Both the position numbers and the translations under genes were made by a program. A stretch of DNA of 63,265 nucleotides, filler included, from Chrysochromulina tobinii (taxonomy: Eukaryota), in assembly GCA_001275005.1 (NCBI GenBank). It is 11 parts of 11 records of this genome, joined end to end, with 100 filler letters (N's around TTAATTAATTAA, not from the genome) between each part and the next. Parts side by side here need not be neighbours in the genome. Positions count along the whole stretch, not along the records: positions 1 to 13,168 come from JWZX01000432.1; 10 more parts are not named here. One strand, 5' to 3'. The notes under the pieces are model-generated. The model was not told where the DNA came from and ran no database searches. It was given only the letters and a program-made list of their open reading frames with translations. The first letter of the stretch is position 1; each line of letters starts with the position of its first letter. Below, in pieces: positions 1 to 12,854 of this stretch.

Positions 1-220
1 CCACGTGCAAGATACATATATCCTGATGTATCTGATATGTATCCCAAAATGTATCTTGGACTCGTTTGGGATACGTGTAAAATACATGTATTCTCTTGGA
101 AAGTAACAGGGCATTCAAGATACATTCAAGATACATCAGGATACATTAGGGATACATGTATCCTTCAGGATACACGCAGGATACATGTTCACGATACATC
201 AGGATACGTATCCTGATAAC
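1..220. repeat. Array of GATACA/TGTATC motifs in both orientations (possible transposon subterminal repeats)
   Basis: More than ten GATAC/GTATC cores in an AT-richer stretch at the window start. Confidence 0.55.
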
Positions 221-568
221 AAACCCCCCCAAACTCGATAACAACCCCCCCCTAACCCCGCCCGCCCTCGCTAGCGCTCCCGGTCGGACATAAGAGGTTC
301 GTATTCCCAGCGTTCCTCGCACCTTACCGTTTTCTTACCGTACCCCCGACGGCCGCGCGGCCCGCGGGGCCCGAACGCCCGAACGCCCGATCGTGACGCA
401 TGACGTGGGAGTGTGTATGATCGGACCCGGCCCGCGGGGGCCGGGCTCGGAGAACGGAGAGGTCGAGTGTGAGTCGTTTATACTTAGGTCGTGGCGCGTG
501 TGATCCGTATGCGTGTAATGTGATCCGGCCAACTACATTTACTGCGTGAATGGCCAAAACCGGGGAGC

Positions 569-1009
569 TCAGAACAGAACACTCCACACGAACCCATCTG
601 GCGGCGGGCCGAAACGCCCGTCGTCGGCGACGTCTTTCGCCCGAGAAGCGTCGCCTGGCGCCACGGACCTGGCGTCCTCAGCGAGCACGCGCACAAAATA
701 CTCCTTCTTCTTGCGCGCAGCCTTCATCTCTTCGGCCTCCTGGAGGAGGAGGGGCCGCCGCCCCTCCTCCTCCTCCTCCGCCTCGCGCTTCAGTCGTTCC
801 TTATGCTTCCCGTCCTTGGCCTTCTTGTCAGCCTCGAGCCGCTCGTTCTGCGCGTTCTCTTCCACCTGCGCCGCTACCAGCCAGTCGTCAGCTGTCCGCT
901 CAGCCGAGGCGCTTGGTCGTTGGCCATCCCTGGGAGCAGGCGGGGCATACGCAGTTTTAGTAGAGCCTCTTGCAGAACGTCGTGGATACGTTTGAGTTCG
1001 TAGCGCGCG
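569..1009 (-). CDS. Small charged coiled-coil ORF or terminal exon ending GPPPDGFVWSVLF
   Basis: Frame is open from 1009 to the stop at 569; E/K/R-rich helix; no ATG at the 5' end, so the start is uncertain. Confidence 0.35.
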   Translation of the reverse strand, partial: RALRTQTYPRRSARGSTKTAYAPPAPRDGQRPSASAERTADDWLVAAQVEENAQNERLEADKKAKDGKHKERLKREAEEEEEGRRPLLLQEAEEMKAARKKKEYFVRVLAEDARSVAPGDASRAKDVADDGRFGPPPDGFVWSVLF

Positions 1010-1014
1010 TCAGC

Positions 1015-2079
1015 CTACTCGCTGGTCTTCACATCGATGATGGCGTCGGCCGAGCCCGAGCTCGTTGAGATCCGATCTGAAGATGGGAGATCGCCCGAGC
1101 TCGTTGAGGGCGGATACGGTGCACTGCCGATGTCGTCGCTTGTGCGGGACGGAGCCGCACGACGGTACTCCGAATACGAGGAAGACGTCGGCATGCCGCC
1201 AGCTCGCCGGGCCTCGCCGGGCCTACGGACTTTGATGGTCACGTCCCGCGGCGCGCTTTCGGGAGCTGAAGGAGCAGGGGTCGCCTTCGGTTGGATGCCG
1301 CCGCCGCTAAGGGGAGCGCTGCCACCAAACAGGTTGTCGTCCAGGGTCGCTGACCGAGGGGCCCCGCCGAAGAAGTCAGACCCTTGGCCTAACAGACTCT
1401 CGATGCCTCCACCACCATAGGGGTTGGCTCCACCCGCACCCCCAAAGAAATCGGCCAAATTTCCACCCAGCCCGCCCATTCCGGCGCCGGCGGGCCGGCG
1501 ATCGTCGCAGCCCTGTGCCAGGCGCCCGAACATGTCCGCGGCGCCGCTAAAGGAGCTGCCTCGCGTCGAAAAAAACGAGGCGAGGGCTGCAAAAATCCGA
1601 GCCATCGTCCCGAAAAACGAGCTTTGCAGCGCACGTATGGGTCCACCAGCCATGACGATGCCGACGCCCATCCGGAACAGCATGCCCGCCGCGGGCTTGA
1701 GCAGCACGCGCACCACCAGCCCGAAAGCACAGAGCCGCCACGCAAGCTTGAGGGCACCACCCAACAAGTTGAGTGCCAGAACGACTGGGTCAATGCGCGA
1801 TGCAAGCAGCGCGACAAAGAAGGCCAACACCGCAAGGTTGACTCCACCTCGGGCCTTGGAGATCAGCCCCATCTGCACCGGCCGAGCACGAGGCTCCGCA
1901 AAGGCTGAGGGTCCCTGGGCCAACTGCATGGCCGTATGCGGAAGTAGCACGCTGCTAGCAGCAACCGCAGATAGCCCTCGGAAGAATGGTGCGGGGCATT
2001 GCAGCCCAACCGACACCGCGGGGTGCAGCATGCCCAGATGGGCGAGCGACAGCGTGGCTGTGAGCACTGACATCGTCAT
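1015..2079 (-). CDS. Uncharacterised membrane protein, probably plastid-targeted
   Basis: 354-aa ORF with hydrophobic N-terminus, transit-like segment ending RARPVQM, 2-3 hydrophobic helices and a G/S/P-rich tail. Confidence 0.6.
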   Translation of the reverse strand: MTMSVLTATLSLAHLGMLHPAVSVGLQCPAPFFRGLSAVAASSVLLPHTAMQLAQGPSAFAEPRARPVQMGLISKARGGVNLAVLAFFVALLASRIDPVVLALNLLGGALKLAWRLCAFGLVVRVLLKPAAGMLFRMGVGIVMAGGPIRALQSSFFGTMARIFAALASFFSTRGSSFSGAADMFGRLAQGCDDRRPAGAGMGGLGGNLADFFGGAGGANPYGGGGIESLLGQGSDFFGGAPRSATLDDNLFGGSAPLSGGGIQPKATPAPSAPESAPRDVTIKVRRPGEARRAGGMPTSSSYSEYRRAAPSRTSDDIGSAPYPPSTSSGDLPSSDRISTSSGSADAIIDVKTSE

Positions 2080-2259
2080 GCCAAACGAACGTCCACCCGA
2101 CGCTCCGTCGCCGCGCCACTGCGGTGCAGGTGCAGCAGTGTGCAGGTTTGGGTATCGTCAAAATCTAGGACAGGGCGACAACTGAAAACTAAACTGAAAC
2201 AGAGTAGTGCAGAGAAGCCATCATGTGCTGGGAAGCACAGCTCGAATAGGCCCGATCCG

Positions 2260-3549
2260 TCACTTCACCGAGGAGTCGACGGCCGAGGCACGCTTCGCCG
2301 CGGCGATCAGGTCCGCGACGTTGGTGCCGTTGCCCATCTGCAGCTCGTGCGGAAGCCCGTAGTACAGCTGTGCCGAGGGAGCGACGCCGCCGCCATCGGG
2401 CGGCACGAGGCGCAGCTCAGGCTCGAGCGCGACGTCCACACCGGCATCCTCGGCCACCTCGGCGAGCGTGCCCAGCTCGGCCCAGTCGAATAGAAGCGGA
2501 TCGGTCGCCTGGTGGAAGGGAGCCACGTCGATGAGGTGCACGCGGCTGTCGAGGTCGACGTACGCGTCCCACACGAGGCGCCGCGGCAACGCGAGCGCGG
2601 GCCGTCCCTCCGCCGCGCCGACGGTCTCGCCCAGGTGGCGCTCCGCAAACGCGGCGAGCAGCGATAGCAGCCTCGGGCGCTCTGCCTCCAGGAAAGGGTA
2701 GTGTGAGAATCGGTCGCGCTGGCAGACGGCGAGCAGTCGCCGCCCTCCCTCGAGCCCGTAGCAGCGGAACTCGCTCGACGGGCGCAGGTTGCACCACCGT
2801 CGCAGAGCAAGCACCCACTGCGCGCCTGGCAACACTACCCCGTCGGCGCTCACTCCTGGCGTCGTCGGCGCCAGTGGCAGCGGCGCGGGCACCGCTTCTG
2901 CCGCCGCTGTAGCCGGGAGCTCCAGCGATGCGAGCGCAGCGGCGGCGCTTGCAGAGGAGCTCGTCATTGAGTCCACCTCGTGAACCGCCTCGGCCGCCGA
3001 CGGGACCGCCGCCAGCGAGGCTGGCTCGATAGCGTTCGGTGGCGGAGGCGCGGTGGCGGCGCCATCCGTTGGCAGCGACGTGGGGACTGCTGCAGCGTGG
3101 CGCGCATCACACAGGTCGTGTGCGATGTGGTCAGAGCTCTTGAGCAGCAGCAGCACGTCGCGAGGGCTCGTGCACTTGAGACTGCCGCCGAGGACCCACG
3201 CTGCATCCTTTGGGGCGCTCCAGTTGAGCTTCGGCATGACGGCTCCGCCGTGCTTGCGAATGGCCGCCACGATCGCCGACTCGAGTTCAGGAAAGCGTGG
3301 CACCGGCGCGCTGCTATCGCCTTCGTCGTCCGACCAGCGCTCGTCGTCTGACCAGCCATCATCTGGCGCGTCAGAGCCGCTCGGCCGGTCCGTGCAGCCC
3401 TCATCAGCAGGCACGAAGCAGCCGTCGGCGAGCAGATAGCGCACAAAGGCGTCGTCCAGCGGCAGCAGCGTTGTGCGAATGGACACGTGGTGGAGCGCGG
3501 GGTACCAGTTCGAGATGGCGCAGAGAGCGAGGTCTGTCTCGGCAGTCAT
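2260..3549 (-). CDS. CDC123: Cell division cycle protein 123 (D123 family, eIF2 assembly factor)
   Basis: Motifs WYP, YLLADG, PKLNWSAPKDAAW, LLLKSSD, LRRW...EFRC and TDPLLFDW; intronless, 429 aa. Confidence 0.95.
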   Translation of the reverse strand: MTAETDLALCAISNWYPALHHVSIRTTLLPLDDAFVRYLLADGCFVPADEGCTDRPSGSDAPDDGWSDDERWSDDEGDSSAPVPRFPELESAIVAAIRKHGGAVMPKLNWSAPKDAAWVLGGSLKCTSPRDVLLLLKSSDHIAHDLCDARHAAAVPTSLPTDGAATAPPPPNAIEPASLAAVPSAAEAVHEVDSMTSSSASAAAALASLELPATAAAEAVPAPLPLAPTTPGVSADGVVLPGAQWVLALRRWCNLRPSSEFRCYGLEGGRRLLAVCQRDRFSHYPFLEAERPRLLSLLAAFAERHLGETVGAAEGRPALALPRRLVWDAYVDLDSRVHLIDVAPFHQATDPLLFDWAELGTLAEVAEDAGVDVALEPELRLVPPDGGGVAPSAQLYYGLPHELQMGNGTNVADLIAAAKRASAVDSSVK

Positions 3550-4111
3550 ACGACGACACTACAAATGCAGAGTTCCTGTGAATGAAAGTTTCCAGAAAAT
3601 GTGATCCCTGGGCACCCCCACTCGCTCAACCCCCTCGCGGCGTAGGAACCCGATCTGAGATGGATCGATGGCCCTGCTGCGAGGGGCGGGAGGACGTAGG
3701 ACGATAAGCGAGCGGGGCTTAACTCGGTCCGACCGATCCCCTCAGAGGATCAGCGGCCGATCGAGGACTTGACCTCGAAGCCCCGCCCCAACTCCGAACC
3801 TGCCCTTTCTTTTTCTTTTTTGTGCCAACTGGGCACCATCGGCGAGGGACGAGGGATTTGTTGACCTTCGCCGGCACGAGCCACGGCGATGATGAGGTTT
3901 ATTTTTTTCCCTCGAGCCGTCGCGCAAACCTTACTACCCGCCGCGCGGCGCGCGTCCCCTCTCCCACGCCCACTGCGCCTCAACATGTCACTTGCCACGG
4001 AGGGGTATCTGTAACCAGTCTTGACACGCGGGGAGCGCCGGCGGGTGGGCTCAGATTTTTAGGGTTGAAGTTCGTCCTTTTTCCAAGAAAGCCCAACATA
4101 GCGACGTGACC

Positions 4112-7100
4112 ATGGCGGCATTGAGGTCCTCGCATGGGCAAGCCGCGCAATTCGACCGAACGACGCTTGCCTCCCTCGGCATGTCTGCGCTCATTGAACT
4201 CGATGCTGTCGCCGGGTGTGTGGGCGCGCCCGGCTTCTTCTTGTCCTTCGAGCCGCTTGTCGGAAAGGGCCTGGCAGGCACACTTTCGGGCCCTCGCGAT
4301 CTCCTTGTGCCCTCTTCTGTCGCGGAGCTTGATGCAGCTCTTGAGGCTCTTCTCATCACGCTTCGTCCCTACTTATTACACCGGGCTGGCCTTAAGCTAC
4401 TCGACTTCCTTCTGCGCGTGCACTCAGTGCATGTTCACCAACCGCAGCAACTGCTCTTGACGGTGCTGCCATATCACGGAACGTTCATATACGCCAAAAG
4501 TAAGATCATGCCACGCGTTTGAATCTTCATCCCGCTGCCTTCCTCGAGACCACTGCGCATGCATAGATTCACCACGAGTCACAGCGTGCGTGTGCCCTTG
4601 TGCTGCTGTGTGTGTTGCTGCCGTGACCAGTTCTTGTGCTGCTGCGACCATTACTCACGAGCTGCTTGAATCAACTACCTTTGCGGCCCGTTCCACGCCA
4701 TGCGCTAATTGCATCAGCTGGCTCGGCGGCTCCCGGCAGTGTCGCTTCCGTCGCAGGCGGCGATGGCGACACGACCAACTTGCTTGCCCTATGCTGCGCC
4801 GACATCGCCGCAACCGCCAAGGCTTCTTTGAAGAAGACAATTTCCGGGTGCGGCGCCGATTATGTGCGGCGAGCCGCTGCTCGAGCGACATCGCACGTGG
4901 CCCGCACAGTCGACGGCAGTGTGCACGCGTCCTTCGCAACGATGGTGATCGCCGAGGCGCTGCCCAATCTCTTAGTGGCACACCAGAAGCACACGAGACT
5001 GCTACCAATCCTTCAAGTGCGCACTTGAAGCTGTGATTCGCCTTGGCCGCTTTGATCACCCTCAGCTGCCGCATGCCATTCTTCCCCAACCCGCCGTGCC
5101 CTGATCCCCGCCTGCAGCACTTGCGCAGCCCTCATGCATCTCTCCTCACCTCAGCCTCACTCTCCTTCCCTTTGATGCAGCTCGTCCTGGCCCTCCTCGA
5201 GCCTGAGATGCCTCTCGCGTACATCAGCGCTGCCATGGCCCTCCTTACTCAGCTCCTCTCTCACGCACCCCTTTCGGCAGAAGCCTCTGCTGCCCTCACT
5301 AGCCGCCTTGCTGCCCTCACTGCCGCCGCCCCCAGGCCCAGTGCCGTTCTCAAGCCCCTAGCCACCCTCGCCCTCTTGTGGCGTCATGCATTCGTCCATC
5401 TGGTGCCCGCTGCTGCACGCACGCTCCCGACGCTTCTTATCGTTGCCGCTGTCGGGGAGCCGGCAAGCACCGCCACTGCCGCGCTGGCAACCTCTGCCAC
5501 GGTGCTGTCGGCATTGGCGACCGCCGCGGCGCGGCTCGTGACTTCCTTCATCAAGCTGAGTGAGCAGCACGACGCGTCGGTGCTCATGCCGCACGTGCTG
5601 CTGAGCTTGCACACTGCCCTGCCCCTCGCCGATGGCGATGCTGCCAAGATGCTTAGGGCGCCTCGATTGCACAGCCCGGACGGCCTTGCAGCACTCGCCA
5701 ACGCACTCTACACCCTCGCTTGCCACCGGCACGTGCTCATGCACCCGCTTGAAGGCCGGAGGCCACACGAAGGGCGGCGGTTGCAAGACAAAGGCCGTGG
5801 GTGTCGGCGACAGTACCGCCAGCTGGATGGCGTCGCTGCTGTCGTTGGACGTGCAACGAGCGATGCCGGAGGCGTCGTTGCCCTGCATCGCCGCCGCCCC
5901 CGCAGCCACGCGCCTCTTCGCTCTTCAGTCCCTCTTTCTATTCGCAGTTTCGAAGACTACCAAAGCAGAGATTGAACAGTTTGAGAGAACAGAGGCTGCG
6001 AATGAGAGGGCGTCGATTGCGGCTTATCTAGTGGGGGGCAGCCCCACTCTCCGCCGCACTCATGGACTCCCAACAGATAACTCGGCGGCTGCTTCTGCCG
6101 CCCCCCGCAGCCGCCGACGACGATTGCGATGCCTGTGCCGTCGACAGAGCTGTGGCGGCCCTAGCTGCTCAGCTCGCGCGACCGCTTCCGCCCAGCGATT
6201 TGGGTTCGCGTGCGGCATTGGCGGCAGCTCGTCTTCGCGCTCGGGCGCTCGCCGCCGCTGTGGCCCTCCCTGCCGCGACCGCCGCCACCTCTTCCCCCGC
6301 CACCATCGACGCGTCAGGCGTTGCCGCGCCGCCGCCGCCGTGGCGGTTGCTGCTACTTTCGTGGTGGCTTGAAGCGCTTTTTTACCCCCGCCATTGCGAC
6401 ATCACCACGAGCGCAGCCCTTGGCGCCGCCGCTGCCGCATTGCGCCTGCCCTTCCTTCAGGCTGGCCTGCGGCCTATGCGCAGCACTGAGAAAAGCTGCG
6501 AGAGCAAAGTCACGAGCACCTCGCATGGGGCAGCTGTGCTGTCGCTCGCCAAGGCGCTTCGTGCGGGAGTCCACTCGGCGGGCGTGCCGGGGGCGATGGG
6601 CAGCGCGATCGCCGACATCTCCGCCATCACCGCCGCCCCCGCCGCCCCCGCCGCCCTCGTTCTGTGCGCAATCCTCTCGTCGCCAATGTCGCCGCACTCG
6701 CAGATGGCCCCGGCGCTGCTCCTGCTCCAGGGCCATTTGTCCTTCCGGCCGCAACCAGCCTCTGCCGCTGCAGTGGATCCCGAACCAGCGGAGCCAGACG
6801 CGTTGGATCGGCTGGCCACCGCGCTCGCGGCCGCCCTAAGTGCCGCACTCCGCGCTCTCTCCAATGCCCCGCCCCGCTTGCGCGACGCCACCTGCCATAT
6901 AACTCTAACCGCAAGTGCCACTGCGATTGACGCCGGTGCGGTGGCCAAGGCGACAACGGTGCAGGCGGCTTGTGAGGAATCCGAAGAGGTTGATGCCGCA
7001 GAAGGCCGCTGGGCTGAGTATGCGGCTGGGCTGCTCTCTCAAGATGGCAACAGAAGCCGCGGCGCCGATATGGCTGCGGCAGCCTTCTTAGAGAGGGAAG

Positions 7101-10100
7101 CGGCCATGGTGGCGTGGAGGGGTGGACTGAGCACCGTGATTCGCAGCGCCTGTCCGCACTCCGCTGCCACCACCGCACTCGCAGCGCTCGCACTAAGTAC
7201 TCCGGGATCCCTTGCCAACGGTGCCGCTGCCCTAAGTGCCCTGTGCACACGCCACTCGCACGCGGCAGTGCTCGCGGCGCTCACCGAGCAATGGCTTCCG
7301 CCTTCGGTTGCGTGGCCCCTTTCCCCGGCAGCGCGGGGGTACTGCGCGCTCGCGGCGGCGCAAGCAGCAGGCGCAACGGCGGCGGTGACAAACGTGCGGC
7401 GGCGGCGCATTCACGCTTTGCAACTGACCTGTCTCTATTTCGACATCCTCGCCTGCGCCTCAACCCCTCCGCTCAGAGCGACCGCCGCCTCTGCGGCACG
7501 CGTGGCAGTGATTGGGCGCCTGCTGCCGCTATTGATGGCAGTGGCATTTGAGACAGATGCGCTGCTCGCAGGGGCCGCCATTGCCTCGCTCACTACGCTC
7601 ACAGCACTCGCTGGTATCGTGACCTATTTTCCCTCCGTCTTCATCGAAGCGACCAGTGCCGACACTAACTTAGCCCCCTCCTTGTCCTCAGCCGCCGCCG
7701 TTGCCCCTAACGCCAAATCGTCGACTCATCCAGCTGCCCGATCGATGAGTCGCGTTGCTGCCCTCGAAGCGGACGGACTCGGTGCAGCGCTCGTCGTGGG
7801 CCGTAAGGCAGACCTCGCCCTGCAGAAGTGCGCTGTGGGTGCGTCGAGCGGATGGATGAGGAGGGATGATGCACCCACAGCTTCAGCCAAGTGCGAGAGC
7901 GGATTGGCGATGGAGATGGTGACGGCGAAAAGGGCGTTCCTGTGTGGGATGTTGCGCATAGAGCCCACTGGCTTACCCGCATCCGTTACCCTCGCCACCC
8001 TTGCTGCCCTCCCTGTCACCCACGCGTCCGCGCTCGACCCTTCGATGCCGCCTTCGTCACCTCTCGCCCTCTTTCCTGCTCTAATCGCACACCTCGCCGA
8101 GCATGCTGCCGCCGCTCTGGCTGCCCTCAACCCCACCAACCGCGACCCCCACCGCTCCCGTAAGGCTTCGTTGTCATCATCGGCGGCGGCGGCGGCGGCT
8201 GGCTCTTCTTGTGCAGTGCTCCGCGGCGTCCTCTTCCTCCGCCGCCAGAGCCTTGAAACTGCAACCGTGGCAGCCAAGACGGCGCAGGCGGTGATGGTCG
8301 GGGTCGCGTGCGATGCGGCGATGGCGCCGGCAATTGCAGTAGTGCGGGCGTCCATCATGCGATCGGCCTCGTACAAGGCAGATGCTGATCTAAAGCGTGA
8401 GGTTGCCGAGTGCATCGCGTTGATCCTGGAGGCCCTGCTATGGCTCCCTCTCTCAACCGTTCCTGCCGTGCCCGACGCGGCCGCCACTGCCGCGCCGCTC
8501 GTCACGTCACCGCCGTTGCTGGCCGCGTGCCTTTCTGCCCTGTCCCTCTTCGAATCAGCCGAGGCTGCACCAATTGCATGCCTCGCCCTACCGCTCGGTG
8601 CTGCCGCCGCCCTGCGTCCCGCCGTCGTTGCCAAGCTTGCACCCGCCCATCAGCTCGATATTTTTCGCACCTACCTGGCCGCCCTGCGCTGGCGCCCGTA
8701 CATTCTCTTCCCCCGAAGTGCCGCCGCTCACACGGGCGCCACTGCAGTTGCTAAGTACGTTGCTGGTCTGCGCCTCGCCGCAGCTTCGCTGCCGGTGTGC
8801 GCGCGCGATATCGTGCAGAGACTGCTCGACCGTACCAAAGAATTTGATGTGCGAGGTGACGGGGAGCACGAATCCAGGTACAGAGGCGGCGAAAGCGTGG
8901 ACGGCAGCGTATCATCGCCGGCGGCCGTGGTGGGGCTGGCAGAAATGAATGCGAGTGCATGGGTCGATGAGTGCATGCTGACGATTGAGCTCCTTGCCTC
9001 GCGGGCCGCCACAGAGGCCTCTGCTCTGGTGCCGCAGCTTTTGGCGCTACTGGCTTTCGCTGCTAACTACTGGCCCGGTGCTGCCGCTGCGCCTTACGTC
9101 GTGGCTGCCTCTGTCCCAGCAACCACAGCAATCCTCGCCTCTTTGGCGCGCCTGAGCGGCAAATTCGGCGCCCTCGTGTCGCTGACCATGGCGGTCCTGT
9201 GCCAGGCGCTTGCAGATGTGGCAACAGCTGCTGCCGCCGCAGTCGACCAAGGCGCCACCGCTATTGATACGACACCCACCGTCGCTGCCACCGCCACCGC
9301 CACCACTATGTCTACCTCTAGTTCCGTCAGGGCAACGGCGATGGTGGAAGCTCTGAGCGAACGGGCGTCATTGCTAGTGGCGTGCTTGGCGGCGGCCGAC
9401 AGAGAAGGGCGGACACGCCTCGCATCCGACATCTTGTCGCTGGTTCGTCTAATGGGGTTGGTACTTCCTGCCGCCACGCTCACCGCCCTCCTTCCCGCCC
9501 CCAGCGCCAGATTGGCTGAGGCCGCCCCCGCTGCGGAAGCGACAATGACAGCAACGATAGGAATCGCACCTTGCGTGGTGGCGGTCTTGCTGCCGGCACT
9601 GCTGCGAAGACCGTCGGTGCTTCCAGACGCGGTGTTTCAGCGAATCAGTGCTCTTCTCCTCGGCCTGAAAGGTGAGGGCCAAGCGGCTCTGTTGCTGGCA
9701 ACCGTCGATGGCATTTCCGCCGCCCCCGCTGTCTCCCAGTATGCCGTCGCAACTTCGCCTCTTGCATCGCTGCTCAGGCATTTCCTGGTCACCGACAACA
9801 ATGTCGACGGTACGCCTTATGGCACGAACTTTCCTGCCGTCACCTGTGCGCCTCCTGTCACTGCTGTGGCGATGGCATCTTCGCCCTTCAGCACCAACGC
9901 TGCACGCCTTTCGCAAACCGCCACCCGCCCCTCCTTCCACGCCGCTCGGGTGGGGTTGGCGCTCGCCCATGCGACGAAGGTTCTAAAGAATGGAGAATGT
10001 TGCCGAGTCGCCCTCGCTATCCTGACCGCGGCGCCGCCCTCCGCTTGCCTGTACGCGATGGCGGGTCTGCTCGTACCACCATGCACCTCCCCTGCTGCGA

Positions 10101-12854
10101 TGACTTCACCTGGCGGCAAAGCATCCGCCCCTCCCGCCCCCTCTCTCACGGCCGCCTCGCCCCCCTCTCTCACGGCCACTTCGCGTACCCCTACTTGGTG
10201 TGACCCCACCCACTTACTTCGCTATGTATTCGTGTGCGGGTGTCTTGCCCCCGAGGCCCGCCCTCCTCCCCTCCGCCGCCCCCGCCCGAGCTGAAGCTGC
10301 CGCCTCTTCTGGAGCCGCTGCCACCTCGGACGCTGCCATTCCGCGCCGCGCCGCCGCCGCCGCCGCTGCGGTACCAACCGCGACCGCCACCTCGGCCGCG
10401 GCAATTGCCCTATTCGGAACGCTCGCCGCCAGTGCCGAGGCGCTCCTCACGTGCGTCGAAGCCGTACACGCGGACGAGGCTAGAGCCACGGATTGCGCCT
10501 CCACCACTGCCGCGCCTCCCGCAGCCGCCGCCACCATCGCTCCTTCAGCAGCGTATTCGCATTTATTGGGCCGGGCGCAGGCATCGCTCGCAGCGGTTGT
10601 GCAAATGGCGACGGGTGTGGCAGGCGTGGCACTCCTCGAGCCAATCGGCTCCATGCTGCAGCACTCGCATCGGGCGATGAGGAGGATGGCTGTCTCACTG
10701 CTCTTAGTCCAGCTCGGCATGCTACTACCCGACGTCGATAGCGCCGCTCAGCTCACCGACGGCGCCGGTACTGATGACGCGGCCTTGGCACAGCGAACGA
10801 CGGCACCAATGGCTGCCGTGCCTCACCTCCTCTCGCTTGTGGCACTCCTTCGCCCCTTACTCGTCCCCGATGCGGCGAGCGTTAACACGGCGGTTGAGGA
10901 GGAGCTTTCAGTATTGATTGAGTCTGGTCACAGCAGCGCCGCTCCCGCCGCTCCTGCCTTAGTTGATGGGCCCACCTCTAAGGCTGCACTCCTTTCCATG
11001 GACTTACTTGCCAGGACTTTGGGTGCAACCGAGTCTGCCGCCTTCATCGACAGCGTGCCCCCCGCCCTCGCCTCATTGCGTTGCGCGGACGCGAACGTCG
11101 CGCATGCTGCCACCCTTCTCCTGTCCACGCTCATCTCTGCCCTCGGCTCTCGCCTCCTGGCCTTGCTGCCATCCCTTGTCCCCGCTCTGCTCGATTCATT
11201 GGAGAGCTTTTTCGCGCCGTCGCGGTTCCCCTTGGCGACGACCGTGTCGCTTGCCACTAGCATGCTCTCGAGTACATATCCCGCGCTCCTTACCGCGTTC
11301 CCGGAATTGTTAGGGCCCTTTCTTGCCCCGCTTCTCGCCCGCCTCGTCACCATCGGCTCCGCCACAAACGCCTCCGCTGGCGGTTCGGAGACGACCGTCG
11401 CGCGCCTTGCAGCCATCGATGCGCCGGCGCTGCTCGTTGCGCGCACCTCGTTGCTTCGCGCCATCGCTACTGCGGTGCCTTCTCGGGTCCTCCTCAAGGC
11501 CATGGCTGAGGCGCTGCCGCTGTTGACACCGCTGCCTTCGCCGCCCGGAGCGCCGACTGATAGTCGTGGCGGCGGATGCGGCAGTGGGTGGTGTGGTTTC
11601 GGCAGTGTCCCGGCGCCAGCGGCTCTCGTGGCTTTCTTTGACCTCCTGGGTGACCACCTGAGCCTGCAGTCTCCGTCTGATGTCAGCGCTTATCGGGCTG
11701 CCAGCTTCAGCCTGCTGCAGTCCGCTTTGGCATACCGGGAGAAATGGGCCGTTGCAACCACTTCTGATGACGCGGGCGCTATAGCAGGCGCGATGGCAGG
11801 CGCGGCCGCCGTCGAGGCTGCGGCAGGCCGTGCGCTCGTTAATCTCACCACGGCGCTGAACGAGGAACAGCTGCGGCTTCTCTTTCATCGGACCCTTGCA
11901 TGGGCTTTGGAACTCTACCCGACAGCAGCAGGGGCGGCGTGTGATGCCGTGGGCGCGCGTGCGAGCGCGAGCGCAGCTGCTCGTGCGGCTGCCTTCTTTG
12001 GGCTGATCGCGCCATCCCAAGCGCGCTTTGCAGCACTGTACGTGCCATATGTGGCGGACGCCATACCACTCGCCCTCGCCACCCTCGCCGCCCATCACCC
12101 GGTCCACGGAATGCTCGCGACCGCGAGTCCCGCCGCTGCCGCCACTGCTTATGCCGCCACCGCCGCGGCCTCGTCCGCCAAGCGCCGCAAGCTCTTGTCC
12201 ACCGCAGAGACGGCAGCCGCATCGGAGGCTGAGAAGTTGGCCGCGGGGGCATGGCTCGCGATACACCGCGCACTGCATTTCCTCGTGGCATCGCTCCCTT
12301 TCCACCGCCGATTTTCTGCTACCTCAGCTGACCATCTCCTGAAATTGCAGCCCCTTTTGTGCAAAGTCCTTGGGGCTGCGTCCATTGCTGCCGTCTACGC
12401 CGGACCTACTATCACAGTCTCAGCTGCTGTTACTGCTGCCGACACTCTGGCGCACACAGCGGCTGCGGCTGAGGTCGCCAAGGCTGCTGTAGCGGCGATC
12501 GGCTCGCTCGCGAGGGAAATGGGGGCGGACGGCGTCAAGGTCATGCATCACCAACTGTGTACGCGGGCCCAACTCGAGGAGATAACGACCTATACCACTA
12601 AACCGGCTGCAACCACCATCATTGGTGGTGCTGCTGCCGACATCACCGCCGCTGCCGCTGCCACTAACGCGCGCGCACATGCACTCTGTGCACTTGCCGC
12701 CATTTACGATGCGCTGGGCGACAGTGCCTTTCAGCTCAGTGCGGAGGCTTTGCCTGTGGCCTCGGAGGCCATGGAGGATGCAGACACCACAATTCGCCAA
12801 GCCGCGCTTGGGCTCATGCACGCTCTCGAATCGCTGCCGAAGCTCTCTTCTTGA
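4112..12854 (+). CDS. UTP10: U3 snoRNA-associated protein 10 / HEATR1; multi-exon and very Ala-rich
   Basis: N-terminal LRPYLLH..LLDFLLR..VH..LPYH motif. Introns 4500-4630 and 5017-5180 splice in frame. BP28CT-like LNEEQLRLLFHRTLAWA and C-terminal LGD..LSAEALP..SEAMED. Frame changes near 5730, 6050 and 10200-10290 are unresolved. Confidence 0.85.

Noticed and set aside
3700..3725. RNase MRP/P RNA suggested by GGGGCTTA
   Set aside because: No matching upstream GAAAGTCCCC-type P4 strand.
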